A stretch of 64,000 nucleotides of DNA from assembly GCA_965218795.1 (NCBI GenBank), contig OZ244653.1, forward strand, positions 3,168,001 through 3,232,000, written 5' to 3'. The notes beneath the pieces are model-generated. The model was not told the DNA's origin. It saw only the letters and a list, made by a program, of their open reading frames with translations, and ran no database searches. Below are positions 10,851 through 21,342 of this stretch, piece by piece. The position numbers and the translations under genes are program-made. The first letter of the stretch is position 1. Every line of letters begins with the position of its first letter. The stretch comes from a bacterium (GTDB lineage: Bacteria; UBA8248; JACPRG01; G963555815).

Positions 10851-11196
10851 TCTATCAGGTGCGGCCTCATGATAGACTCTCTCCTTCTATCGAATGCAAG
10901 CGGCATTCAACCCGAACGAAGGGAATATCCCGACGACGGCTGAAGAAGAAAGCAAGAAGCGTGCAGAGATGATCGCGAAAACCGTGGACGTTCGGAACCG
11001 GCAATCCGGGGCAATCATCGCCAAGGCATGGACCGAATGAAGACTTCAATGAGGCTTTTTTTATCCCGGCATGAAACCCTCCTGATGACCGTCAGGCTGT
11101 AACCGTATCGCGAATGCGCTTAGCGAACGGCCCGACGAGGCGACCCGGGCCGGTCCCGACCATCCTCTCCGGAACTGACCCCCTCAGGAGGCCATC

Positions 11197-12036
11197 GTGG
11201 CGCACAAAGGATTCATCCAGCCGAGGTATCTCATCACGCCCGGCGAGCTCGGCGGCCGGCTGGGCGAGGTGACGCTCATCGACGTCCGGCCCGGAGAGGA
11301 TTATGCCAACGGCCACATCGAAACCGCCCTTCATTTCGATTTCTACGGCATCAGCCTGAACGACACGTCCGAAGCTCCGCTGAACGCCTTTCTGTGGATG
11401 GTCGAGAACCTGTTCGGGTTTCACGGGGCGGCCAGGGACAAAACGGTCGTCTTCTACGACCATGAGTCCGGCGAGCGCGCGGCGCGCGGCGTCTGGCTGC
11501 TCGAAGTGTTCGACCACCCGGACGCGAAGCTCCTGGACGGGGGCCTCCAGGCCTGGGAGGCGGCGGGCCATCCCCTCACGACCGAAGCCGCAGGCGTCGA
11601 GCGGGTCAGCTTCGAGGAGAACCCCCGCCGGATGGACCGCTTGGCGACGCGGTTCGACATGCGCGCGGCTATCGACAACCCGGACATCATCCTGCTCGAT
11701 ACCCGGCGGGAATCCGAATACATCGGGACGGAAAAGCGGGCCCGGCGGGTCGGGACGATACCGGGTTCTGTCCACATCTTCTGGCGGGAGCATCTGGATG
11801 AGAATGGAGCCTACCGGCCAGCCGATGAAATCCGGTCGCTCTATGAATCCAGGGGCGTCACGCCCGACAAGATCATTCTCCCTTACTGCCAGGGCGGGTA
11901 TCGATCGGCGAATACGTATCTTGCCCTGAAGATGCTGGGGTACCCCAACGTGAAAAATTATCTCGGGTCATGGTGGGAGTGGGGGAACCGCGACGATTCG
12001 GTCATCGCCCTTCCGCCAAAAGACTCATCACAATGA
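11197..12036 (+). CDS. Tandem-domain rhodanese / sulfurtransferase
   Basis: Two rhodanese domains, YCQGGYRS active-site loop, NYLGSWWEW. Confidence 0.92.
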   Translation: MAHKGFIQPRYLITPGELGGRLGEVTLIDVRPGEDYANGHIETALHFDFYGISLNDTSEAPLNAFLWMVENLFGFHGAARDKTVVFYDHESGERAARGVWLLEVFDHPDAKLLDGGLQAWEAAGHPLTTEAAGVERVSFEENPRRMDRLATRFDMRAAIDNPDIILLDTRRESEYIGTEKRARRVGTIPGSVHIFWREHLDENGAYRPADEIRSLYESRGVTPDKIILPYCQGGYRSANTYLALKMLGYPNVKNYLGSWWEWGNRDDSVIALPPKDSSQ

Positions 12037-12133
12037 GTTTGCAAAGGCAAAAAGGGGAGAGGTTGGTTTTTCAGGTCCCGGGCGGCGGTGCTCGTTGAGT
12101 GCCGCGGATTCGCAAAGACACGTTGCCTCCAGA

Positions 12134-12892
12134 ATGTCTCCCCAGCGAATATCGATGTTCATCATCGGAACGGATACCGGCGTCGGGAAGACACTCGTTA
12201 CGGGCGGTTTGGCGGGCGCGTTTCGGGAGCGGGGTTATCGCGTCGGGAACATGAAGCCGGCGGAAACGGGGTGCCGGGAGGAGGACGGCGGACTCGTACC
12301 GGAAGACGCCCTGTTCGTCAGACGGCTTTCGGGCTGCGAGAGTCCGCTGGAAGCGATCTGTCCCTACCGGTTTCGGGAGCCCCTCGCCCCGTCGGTCGCC
12401 GCCGGCCGGGAAGGGAAATCCATCGACCCGGAGAAGATCCTCTCGGCCTTCGAGGAAATCCGGTCAGGGCACGACGTGACGTTGATCGAGGGGATCGGCG
12501 GATTCCACGTTCCCATCACACAGGATTTCCGGGTTTCGGAAATGGCAGAACGGCTCGGGCTGCCGATTCTCGTCGTGGCCCGCCTGGGATTGGGAACCCT
12601 GAACCACACGCTGCTGACCCTGGAGGCGGCCGCCAAGCGCAGTCTCCACGTACTCGGCGTTGTCCTCAATACCGTCACCCCGCCCCTGTCGATCGCGGAG
12701 AAAACCAACCCGACCGCCCTGGGTTCGCTGACGGACGTTCCCCTCCTCGGCGTTCTGCCACACCTGCCCGCCGGGCGGGAAGGAATGCCCGACCCCGAAT
12801 CGCTGATCGACTCAGTGGAAAAACACCTGGACGTGCAGGTCGTCGAGGCGGCCCTCGGACTCAGTGCTGAAAAACGATTTCGACGCCCGTGA
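12134..12892 (+). CDS. bioD: Dethiobiotin synthase
   Basis: GTDTGVGKT, MKPAETG, IEGIGG, LGTLNHTLLT. Confidence 0.95.
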   Translation: MSPQRISMFIIGTDTGVGKTLVTGGLAGAFRERGYRVGNMKPAETGCREEDGGLVPEDALFVRRLSGCESPLEAICPYRFREPLAPSVAAGREGKSIDPEKILSAFEEIRSGHDVTLIEGIGGFHVPITQDFRVSEMAERLGLPILVVARLGLGTLNHTLLTLEAAAKRSLHVLGVVLNTVTPPLSIAEKTNPTALGSLTDVPLLGVLPHLPAGREGMPDPESLIDSVEKHLDVQVVEAALGLSAEKRFRRP

Positions 12893-13109
12893 TTCAGCCT
12901 CCCATGTCATGCTGCGCGAGGGGTCATCGACCCAAGGTCATCGACCCTCGCGAAGGATCTTCCTCAACTCGGGGGGCGTCCTCCAAAGCAAAGCGTTTCG
13001 CGCTTTCAGGGATGGCGGCGCGTAAGGTCCAACCCTTGCGCAATAAGGTGAACCATCGATTTTTTCCCCGCAGCCTCTCAAAACGGAAATCCGGGCGCGT
13101 TCTGATCAG

Positions 13110-13860
13110 TCACAAGTCGTTGCGAAATACGCAAGGCCGTCCCACTCCTTTTTCCACGGCCCAATCGTACGCCCATTTCCCCACCGCGGCGTCCCACATC
13201 CCCATGCCCTGTGACGGGCAAAGCGTGATCTCGTCCTTCTCCCGGCGGCCCGGATCCTTGCCCGCGATCACGTCGCAGAGATCCACGACGTCCTCATCCT
13301 TCAGGTCGCCTGAAGCCTTCAGGCTCCCATAGGGCTCCATCGGGGGGGGGGGGGGTCGCAGAGGATCTGCTCCTTCCAGACGGGAAAGACTCTGGATCGC
13401 CGGACCGTTTCCCCGTCGATCTCGCCGCGGGCCACTTGCGTGACGTGCGTTCCGGGCTCGAGCCATTCCCCCTGGAAGACCGGCCTTCCGGCGTTCGTGC
13501 AAGTGACGACGATATCGCATCCCCTGACGGCGTCCTCAGGGGCGTCCACGGGTATCACGGACTGGGCGATTTCTCTGGAGAGCCTGGACACAAGGGCGTC
13601 CCGCCTGGAAGGCGTCCGCCCGCAGAGCCGGACCTCCCGTATACCGGGCCGCTCGTTCAGCACCGCGTTGATCTGCGCGCTAGCGTGCCGTCCGGCGCCG
13701 AAGAATCCCAGAACGTGGAATCCTTACGGGAGAGATAGCGGACCGACAGGGCCGTCGGTGCGACGGTCCTCGCGTTCATCAGCAGGTAATGACTCATGAT
13801 GGCGAGAAGCTTCATCCCGCTCATTGAGGATGAGCGTGGGTTCTCCTTCCCGGGGCTCAC
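13110..13860 (-). pseudogene. Ornithine cyclodeaminase/mu-crystallin family remnant (5'-truncated, two frameshifts)
   Basis: Fragments in three frames: ARTVAPTALSVRYL / GFFGAGRHA..DIVVTCTNA..WLEPGTHV / GKDPGRR..EITL..QGMGMWDAA; G14 tract at 13342-13355. Confidence 0.8.
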
Positions 13861-13931
13861 TTTGTGATCGAATCACCCGATGGACTCCGAAGGAACCGAA
13901 ATGGGGGAAGGGGAATAGATATGGGTTTCAC

Positions 13932-15617
13932 CTAGCGCCGCCTGCCCAGAAGCTCCTGTTCGAGCAGGTTGATCAATTCCGCCGCCAGCTGGGACATGTC
14001 CTCAACAACGACGTGGTTGGGATAGATCTCCCGCACGTAAGCGTCCTCGATTCCCACGGCGATGATCCGGAAACCCCGCCGCTCGAGCTCTTCCACCGCA
14101 TCGATCAGATTGCGCACGTTGCCGTTGGGCTGTCCGTCCGAAATGATGATGATCGCCTTGACGTTCTCGGGCCTTCTCGCCAGTCGCCGCGCCGCGAATG
14201 CCAGATGCTCCTCGTCCCAGTTGTTGAACCGGGGAGCGATGTGGACGAGCCGTGTCCGGACGGTCCGGTAGGCATCCTCGAAGGTCTTGTAGAGGCGGTG
14301 TTCCAGCCGGCTGTGCCGGATGTGCCGAAACTGGAAGACCGGCACGTGGCCGTAGTTGTGGGCCATGACGGCTTCGGAAGCCTGGGTGGAATACCCGATG
14401 ATCTCGAAGGGGACGGAGATCCCTTCCAGGGCCTCGGCACAAAGGACCGACGCTTGGCGGGCCACCAGAAACTTCTTCTTGCGGTTCATGCTGCCGCTTT
14501 CGTCCACCAGCAGCGTGAAGGCCACATCCAGCCGGTCGGGTTCGACCCTCCTCTGGAACAGGCGGAAGTTCCCCGTCCGCTGTTTCCAGACCTTGGCCAG
14601 ATTCAGCCTGCCCGAGCGATAAGACCCGGCGTAGCGCACGTACTGCCGCTCGCGGATCATTCGCTGGAGGCGGCGGATCATGACCAACACTTCATGGCTC
14701 GATTCGGCGAGGACCTCCAGGTACTCCTCGAGGCTCCCGTCCGGCGGAATCAACCAGGTCCGCTCATCCGGGGCCATCGCGTCCGGGTGGATCTCCTTCG
14801 TCTTCGCGTTCCGGTCCAGCCAAGGGGCCCCGCCGAAGGCCAGGTTCGCCATATCCTCCCACTGGAGGGAAGCCCAGGCGTCCTGCTCCTCGCCCTCCGC
14901 CTCGCCGGCCTCCTCGGCTTCGCCCTCCGCCTCGATCCGGATATGCTCCTGGGCATCGGAATCCCCGTCCACGTCAGGCCCCCGGGTGAACTCCTCCTCC
15001 GGCAGTTCCAGGATCGGAGAGCAGGAACAGAGGATTTCCAACGCGGTATCCGCGGCTTCCTCCGGCGTTTCACAGGCCACGCCGCGCTTCACCAACGGCC
15101 CGATGACGCCCATAGCCAGCCGTATGTCTTCATCCAGGCGCACCGCCCCCGTCCCCCGGCCTGTCTCATAGATCCCCCAGGCCAGCCGGACCAGCAGATG
15201 AAGACCCCCGCCTTCCGTCTCCCGGCAGGCGTCGTTTTCGGCGCGTGAAACGAGAAAAAGCTCGGCGCCCGGGTATCTCTTCAGGAAGGCGTTCTCCGCC
15301 CTGGCGTCTTCCAGAGCGTGCCAAAGGAGATGGAGCGCCGCCCCTTCGGCGGGACGGAAACCGGCCGACAGTTCGGCGATCCGCCGGCTTCCCCGAAGGC
15401 TTTCAGCCGTCAGATGGGCCGCCTCATGAAGGGTCTCTCCCCGCTCGGTGAGAGAATCCCTTCCGGGCTGAATGCTCACCCGGTCTCCGTCGTTTCCGTG
15501 ACCGGGGCCGAATTCGAGTTTCAGGCCGAACCGGTGGGACGTGAGCTGGGCCAGGCGCTCCCATCGGAGCCGGCGGATGTTTTGAATATCGGATGACGGC
15601 GACTTTGAAGGAACCAC
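13932..15617 (-). CDS. vWA-domain protein, CobT/NorD-like MoxR partner
   Basis: HEAAH and LEDARAE motifs, acidic linker, MIDAS DESGSM and IISDGQP. Confidence 0.88.
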   Translation of the reverse strand: MVPSKSPSSDIQNIRRLRWERLAQLTSHRFGLKLEFGPGHGNDGDRVSIQPGRDSLTERGETLHEAAHLTAESLRGSRRIAELSAGFRPAEGAALHLLWHALEDARAENAFLKRYPGAELFLVSRAENDACRETEGGGLHLLVRLAWGIYETGRGTGAVRLDEDIRLAMGVIGPLVKRGVACETPEEAADTALEILCSCSPILELPEEEFTRGPDVDGDSDAQEHIRIEAEGEAEEAGEAEGEEQDAWASLQWEDMANLAFGGAPWLDRNAKTKEIHPDAMAPDERTWLIPPDGSLEEYLEVLAESSHEVLVMIRRLQRMIRERQYVRYAGSYRSGRLNLAKVWKQRTGNFRLFQRRVEPDRLDVAFTLLVDESGSMNRKKKFLVARQASVLCAEALEGISVPFEIIGYSTQASEAVMAHNYGHVPVFQFRHIRHSRLEHRLYKTFEDAYRTVRTRLVHIAPRFNNWDEEHLAFAARRLARRPENVKAIIIISDGQPNGNVRNLIDAVEELERRGFRIIAVGIEDAYVREIYPNHVVVEDMSQLAAELINLLEQELLGRRR

Positions 15618-15654
15618 GGAAGATCATCCGGGGATGGAGGGCGTCGAACGCTCT

Positions 15655-16563
15655 CTATTTGGACTTCGCCGGCTTCTTGGCGGGACCGAAATAGTTGTCG
15701 ACCATATCCTGAATGACCTGCGCGTCAAAGGGGGGAACCTTGCTGATAAGGGTATGCCGGGCGGCCTCCTGTGGGCCGAACTGCATGGCCATCCGGGCCC
15801 AGTCGATGACCCGTCGGGTGCTGCATGACCCGAAAAGCTTCTCTTCGGATATAGCGGCCCGCAGATCTCCCGCGCACCGGACCATCTTTCGTACCGATTC
15901 CCGGTCCGGATGTCCGCTCTGAACGGCGACGGCCTCCACTTCCGCGTCCTCCAAAAGATAGCTCATTCGGATCGTCATGGGAAAGCGGTCCAGCAGGGCC
16001 TCGTTCAGAGGTTTGGTGCCTCCGTACTTGCGCTCCTCTGAGGGATTCATCGTGGCGAAGAGGCGAAAATTCGGATGGGGACGGATCACGCGGCCGTCGT
16101 ATTCGGTCAGGACGATCATCCGGTCGTCATCGAGCAGGGAGTGGAGACAAAAGGCGATCTCCGGAAGACAGGCGTTGATCTCGTCGATGAGAAGCCAGTC
16201 GCCCGCCTGCATGGCCTGAACCAGAACGCCGTCCGACCAGTACGTCCCGGCCTCGTTGATCATGAGTTTGCCGACGAATTCATCCACCGTCGTCATCCCG
16301 TTCAGGTTGACGCGGCGAAGTCCGTTGTGGGTCTCGTGAGCCAGATGCCGGATGGCGAGGGTCTTACCGACCCCCGTCTCCCCGATCAGCAGGACGGGGA
16401 GCCGGCGGCCGACCGCCCACATGATCTTTTCCAGCGCGCCGTCGGCCGGAATGTAGAACTGGGGGGGCGGCACGAATTCGCTCGACCCTTCCTGACGGAC
16501 GGGGAGCTCCACGGAGCCGTACGAAAAAACCGCTTCTGAACGCGCTGCTTTCGGACGGGTCAT
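15655..16563 (-). CDS. MoxR/CbbQ/NorQ-family AAA+ ATPase
   Basis: GETGVGKT, LLIDEIN, HPNFRLFATMNP, ALLDRF, STRR. Confidence 0.92.
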   Translation of the reverse strand: MTRPKAARSEAVFSYGSVELPVRQEGSSEFVPPPQFYIPADGALEKIMWAVGRRLPVLLIGETGVGKTLAIRHLAHETHNGLRRVNLNGMTTVDEFVGKLMINEAGTYWSDGVLVQAMQAGDWLLIDEINACLPEIAFCLHSLLDDDRMIVLTEYDGRVIRPHPNFRLFATMNPSEERKYGGTKPLNEALLDRFPMTIRMSYLLEDAEVEAVAVQSGHPDRESVRKMVRCAGDLRAAISEEKLFGSCSTRRVIDWARMAMQFGPQEAARHTLISKVPPFDAQVIQDMVDNYFGPAKKPAKSK

Positions 16564-16580
16564 TCAGACAATCAGGCGGA

Positions 16581-17396
16581 TCAGCCGGCCACGCCCTTCT
16601 TCGCCGTCAAAAACATGAGGATCGCTTCCAGGACGCCGCCCCCGATGGCACGCGCCTTATCGGATATGGTGAAACAGTGCTCTCTGCGGCATCGGGGATC
16701 GACATCCGCCACCTTGAAGCCTCCGGTCACGGAGAGCCCGTCCCGCAACAGGCCGCGCAGTATGCCGTCGATCCGGGTCACGACCGGCAGGCCAGCGACC
16801 TCGGCCACCGTCTCTCCGGCCTGAACCTGGTCTCCAATTCGCCGAACGCCTCGGAAGAGGCCTTCGCCGGGGGCGCGGAGCACCCGTTCATCGGTTTTTC
16901 CGCCCACGCTGCCCGGCACGCCGGTATTGGGCTCGGCCGCACCCTCGAGGATCAATCGGGCGAGGTCGTGACCCCGGTTGGTTTCGATCACCACGTCCAC
17001 GTCTTCGCCGGCGGAAAATCCCGGCCCCAGACCAATGACCACATCGGCCATTCCTCGCCGTGTACCCAGATTTTTCTTGGCCAGGATGGCATCGACCAGC
17101 GCAAACGGATTCAGCCGCTCCGTGATACCCGCCTCCGGGTCGGCAATAATGGGAACCATGCCCTCCTGGCAGATTTGCAGCGCCTGGTCCGGGGAATCCG
17201 CCCTTCGCGCAGTCATTCCCTCGACTGTCGCCTCTCCCCGCCATATGGCTTCGGCGAATGCGACCGTACGACGGATAACGGTCGGATTGTCAATATCGGT
17301 GGCGATAACCGGAAAGCCGGAACGAACCAGCCGGTGAATGACACCGGTGGCCAGGTCTCCCGCCCCTCTCACGACAACGAAGGTGTCTTCAAACAC
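16581..17396 (-). CDS. yqeB: Selenium-dependent molybdenum hydroxylase accessory protein, YqeB family
   Basis: VRGAGDLATG, IRRTVAF, ETNRGHDL, PNTGVPG, ISDKARAIGGGVLEAI. Confidence 0.9.
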   Translation of the reverse strand: MFEDTFVVVRGAGDLATGVIHRLVRSGFPVIATDIDNPTVIRRTVAFAEAIWRGEATVEGMTARRADSPDQALQICQEGMVPIIADPEAGITERLNPFALVDAILAKKNLGTRRGMADVVIGLGPGFSAGEDVDVVIETNRGHDLARLILEGAAEPNTGVPGSVGGKTDERVLRAPGEGLFRGVRRIGDQVQAGETVAEVAGLPVVTRIDGILRGLLRDGLSVTGGFKVADVDPRCRREHCFTISDKARAIGGGVLEAILMFLTAKKGVAG

Positions 17397-17618
17397 GCAA
17401 ACTCTCCTGCTGAATCGAATAGACCTGGAAAGCGAATGAAATCATATCATTGCAAGAAGATTCACTGCAATTGATTGAATCATTTATATATAGTCTGTAT
17501 ACAGAATAGCTCACAATTGCAAATTGAGCATTATTCAGGAAGGGCTCGGAACGCGGGGAGGGTTTCCAATCCTTCCAAGTCATCGCAACGGAAGGTCGTT
17601 CCATTGGGTGCGCAGAAG

Positions 17619-18110
17619 GTGAGACTGCCCGTACACATAAGGGAAATGCGGGATTCCGACATGAACGACGTCATGGCGATCGAAGCGGAGGCTTTTTCCG
17701 TTCCCTGGATCCGCGACCATTTTCTTCAAGAACTCGACCTGCCGGGGATCTCCAACCTGCTCGTGGCGGAAGCTGAAGGTTCATCCGGCACGATGGCCGG
17801 CTACGCTTGCTATTCCCTCATCGTGGACGAAGCGCACATCACGAATTTCGTCGTCCGGGACATCTATCGGCGAAAGGGGATCGGAGAACAGCTCCTGCAC
17901 CATCTGCTTGACCGGGCGACCCGCCAGGGGGCCCGGTGCGCGACCCTCGAGGTTCGGTTGTCCAATCAGGCCGCCCGCTGGCTCTACGAAAAATTCGGTT
18001 TTGCCCCGGCCGGTATCCGCAGAGATTATTATCCGGACAACAAAGAAGATGCCCTGGTGATGTGGGCCAATCTTTCGAAAGAGGCCTTTGACACATGTTC
18101 TACCGGTTGA
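17619..18110 (+). CDS. rimI: Ribosomal protein S18-alanine N-acetyltransferase
   Basis: DEAHITN, RRKGIG, TLEVRLSN, LYEKFGF, RRDYY...EDALVM; GTG start inferred. Confidence 0.9.
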   Translation: MRLPVHIREMRDSDMNDVMAIEAEAFSVPWIRDHFLQELDLPGISNLLVAEAEGSSGTMAGYACYSLIVDEAHITNFVVRDIYRRKGIGEQLLHHLLDRATRQGARCATLEVRLSNQAARWLYEKFGFAPAGIRRDYYPDNKEDALVMWANLSKEAFDTCSTG

Positions 18111-18235
18111 ACCCTTTCCTGACCTATGGTTAAGTAGAAATGGGAAGATGTGTTCTTGTCCGAGTCTTTGATTGGCTTGAAGCCCGGGAGTGGGCACAGT
18201 TGTCATGGACCAGCCGCTGAAAGCGTTGATCACCG

Positions 18236-18424
18236 ATGACGATGAAGAATGAGGCCCTCCTCGAAGCTGTCATGGAAGGCGGCGAACTGACCTTGCACAT
18301 CGGGATTGTCGAATTCGTGAACGGCGACAAACCGCAAGACCTGGTTCGACTCGCGGACCAAGCCGTTTGCCGGGCGAAAAACGGCGGCGGTCATTGCATC
18401 AGCAGCCACGTCACCCAATCTTAA
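18236..18424 (+). pseudogene. C-terminal remnant of a GGDEF domain
   Basis: LTLHIGIVEF...DLVRLADQAVCRAKNGGGHC resembles the GGDEF C-terminus; no GGDEF motif upstream. Confidence 0.55.
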
Positions 18425-18454
18425 GCTTTACCCCATACACTCATTGAGACGCGG

Positions 18455-19105
18455 ATGTATTGGCTGGATATTGTCATTCTCGGAACCCTCGGTATCAGCG
18501 TTATCTACAGCTTCGTCCGAGGCGTTATCCGTGAAGTTTTCTCCTTTCTCGCCATCATTGCGGGCTATATGGTGGCCACACGGGTCTATGGATACGGAAC
18601 TCCACATCTGAAATGGGCCGTGTCCGATCCGCGGATAGCCGGGATCATCAGCTTTGTCGCCGTTTTCATCGTCATCAGCCTTTTGGTCGGCGCTCTGGGG
18701 AGGATGGTCCACACCGCGACCAAGAAAGCAAAGCTCTCTTTCGCGAACCGGATTCTGGGCGGCTTTTTCGGTTTCGTCAAGGGGGTCATCTTTGTCTCCG
18801 TTTTACTGTTGCTGATTCCCGTGTTCTCGCGCTCCGCCTCTCAAGGCCAACTCCTCAAGGATTCCGTCGTCGCGCCTTTTTTCGATGTAGCCACTGAAGC
18901 CCTCGCTTTGGTATTTCCAACGAAAAAATACGGCTTGCTGGATAACCGACTCACCAACGAGCTTCGTCAGTTCCGCGAAAGCCACAGCGACACCTTTTGG
19001 ACGGCCATCTCCCGCATGATTCAGCGAAAGCGGCCCGCTGATTCGAGCGATCCGGGTCAGACCGAAGAGGAAGAGCGCGAGATGCAGAAAATTCTCAAGG
19101 AGTGA
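18455..19105 (+). CDS. cvpA: CvpA family membrane protein
   Basis: LDIVIL...RGVIREVFS and NRILGGFFGFVKG signatures. Confidence 0.88.
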   Translation: MYWLDIVILGTLGISVIYSFVRGVIREVFSFLAIIAGYMVATRVYGYGTPHLKWAVSDPRIAGIISFVAVFIVISLLVGALGRMVHTATKKAKLSFANRILGGFFGFVKGVIFVSVLLLLIPVFSRSASQGQLLKDSVVAPFFDVATEALALVFPTKKYGLLDNRLTNELRQFRESHSDTFWTAISRMIQRKRPADSSDPGQTEEEEREMQKILKE

Positions 19106-20036
19106 CTCATCCCGGACAGAATTTTTGCCGAACACAACCCCCTGGCTCAAAGATCTCGAGGCGGACCCTCTCCGCGGAGCGACCGAGTTGGCGGGCCCCC
19201 TACACCAATGGCCTCAACGCTTCGCTCTCTGAACTCTCTCTTGCCCCGAAACCAGGCTTTCTGGCAACACTGACCGATCTTGCGGGCTCGATCCGTCGGT
19301 CTCAGCCCCCGATGGAGTCCCTCTTCCACCTTGCCAACGCCGCGCTGCCTGCGGCCGAGGCCGCCCCGGATCCAACCGTAAAGTGCAGACGGCCCTCCGG
19401 GGGTTCATTCGGGTCCAGCAGACCATGGGAGCCCAAGCGGTCCGGAGGAACCTCCCACTGTTGCGGCCGGGCAGCCGAATCTTCACACACTCGGCCAGCA
19501 GCCTGGTTGAAACGGCCATTCGCCGGGCGGATCGAAGACAACGGGGCGGGGTGAAGGGTATCCGGGTCATCTGCACGGAGTCGCGCCCTGCCGGAGAAGG
19601 CATTGGGCTCGCCCGGCGGCTTTTTCAGGCCGGAATCTTCACCACGCTCGTTACGGACGCGGCCGCCGGGGAAGCGCTCGGCGAAGCCGACTTGTTTCTG
19701 ACAGGCGCGGACAGCGTGACGCAAGAAGGAGTCATTCACAAGGTGGGAACCTCCCTGATTGCGGAAATGGCCAAGAAAAAGGGAATCCCCTGCTTTGCCC
19801 TGACAACGCCGCAGAAACTCCTCCCGGAGAGGCTTTTGTCCCTATCCTGGCGTGCGCTGCGGGAGGCGGATGAGATCCTGCGAACTTCCTCTCGCCGTCT
19901 CATGGTCCAAAATCCGACCTTCGACCGGACTGCGTGGAACCGGCTGACGGCCGTCGTCACCGAAGAGGGTCCGATGTTGCAGGGGGAGGTATTCCGTCAT
20001 TTGCGGGCGCTGCGGATTGTAAAAAGCTGGACATAA
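19102..20036 (+). pseudogene. eIF-2B alpha/beta/delta-like sugar-phosphate isomerase family, 5' part frameshifted
   Basis: FTHSASS, TESRPAGEG, TGADSV, HKVGT, NPTFDRT in 19383-20036; D..RGATELA and QPPM..L.HLAN in other frames upstream. Confidence 0.7.
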
Positions 20037-20133
20037 CGTTCCGGTGGGGAACGGTTGGCGGTCAAACGTGCAATTTTATATACTTGCCCGCTGTCGGCTC
20101 GGCTGGACTGATTTCTCGTCAAAGGGAACGAGC

Positions 20134-21251
20134 ATGCAAATACTGGTCACAGGGGGGGCCGGATTCATTGCCTCCTTCATCGTTGACGAGCTGGTTCGCC
20201 GAGGACATCAAGTCCGGATCTTCGACAACCTCACCGATCAGGTGCATCCGGGCAACCAGCCCCCCGATTACCTGAATCCCGCCGCCGAATTCATACGGGG
20301 GGACATCTCCGCGATCGGGACGGCCTGCGCGATGCGCTCGACGGCGTAGAGACCGTCTTCCATAAAGCGTCGGCCGTTGGCGTTGGTCAGTCCCAATACG
20401 AGATTAAGCACTATGTGGACGTGAACATCGGCGGAACAGCCAACTTGCTGGATATCATGGCCAATGAAGACCACAAGGTGAAAAAAATCATCGTTGCCGC
20501 ATCGATGAGCAGTTACGGCGAAGGATGTTACGAAAACGTGAGCGGAGAGATTGTCCGTCCACTGCTGCGGACGCCTGAACAGATGGCCGGGAAGGAGTGG
20601 GAGCTTCTGGACCCTGGAGACGGCTCAACGCTCGATCCCGTTCCCACCAGTGAACAGGCGGTCTATCATCCCAATTCGATCTACGCCATCACGAAGGGCG
20701 CCCAGGAAGAAATGGTTTTGAATTTCGGCCTCACGTACGACATTCAGGCGGTCGCCCTGCGTTATTTCAATGTCTACGGGCCCCGCCAGTCTCTTCATAA
20801 CCCTTATACGGGCGTCGCGGCCATATTCTTGAGCCGCCTCAAGAATGGGAACCAGCCTATCGTATACGAGGATGGAAGCCAGACACGCGATTTCATCTCG
20901 GTTCACGATATCGTCCGCGCAAACATGCTGGCCATGGAGCGCGATCTGGACCGGCCCTCCAGCTTCAATATCGGGACGGGGAACCCGCAGCGGATCGCCG
21001 GTATTGCGGAGACCCTGGCCGAGTTGCTCGAAGTGAGGATTCAACCAGACATTACGCAGACCTTCCGAAAGGGAGACGTGCGGCACTGCTTTGCGGACAT
21101 TGCCAAGGCCCGCAACGCCCTGGGCTTCGAGCCACAGGTCAGCTTCGAGGAGGGGATGAGGGAATTGATCCAGTGGTCTTTGGGAACGGAAGCCGTCGAC
21201 CGGGTCGATCAGGCCACCGAGGAGCTCAGGAAGCGAGGCCTGGTTTCATAA
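20134..21251 (+). pseudogene. NAD-dependent epimerase/dehydratase split by a frameshift near 20305
   Basis: MQILVTGGAGFI in one frame; YAITK, LRYFNVYGPRQ, RDFI in another; deleting an extra TC in GACATCTCCGC joins the frames. Confidence 0.85.
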
Positions 21252-21342
21252 TGCGACAGCCAGGGATGGATTGAACCAAGCGTCCGGTTCAGGCCGCGCG
21301 GGAAACTCCGCCCCGCCGAATCAGGCATATCGCCCTTCCTGC

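Noticed and set aside
10851-11196. SAM or other riboswitch upstream of the rhodanese
   Set aside because: Several short hairpins but no recognisable aptamer core.
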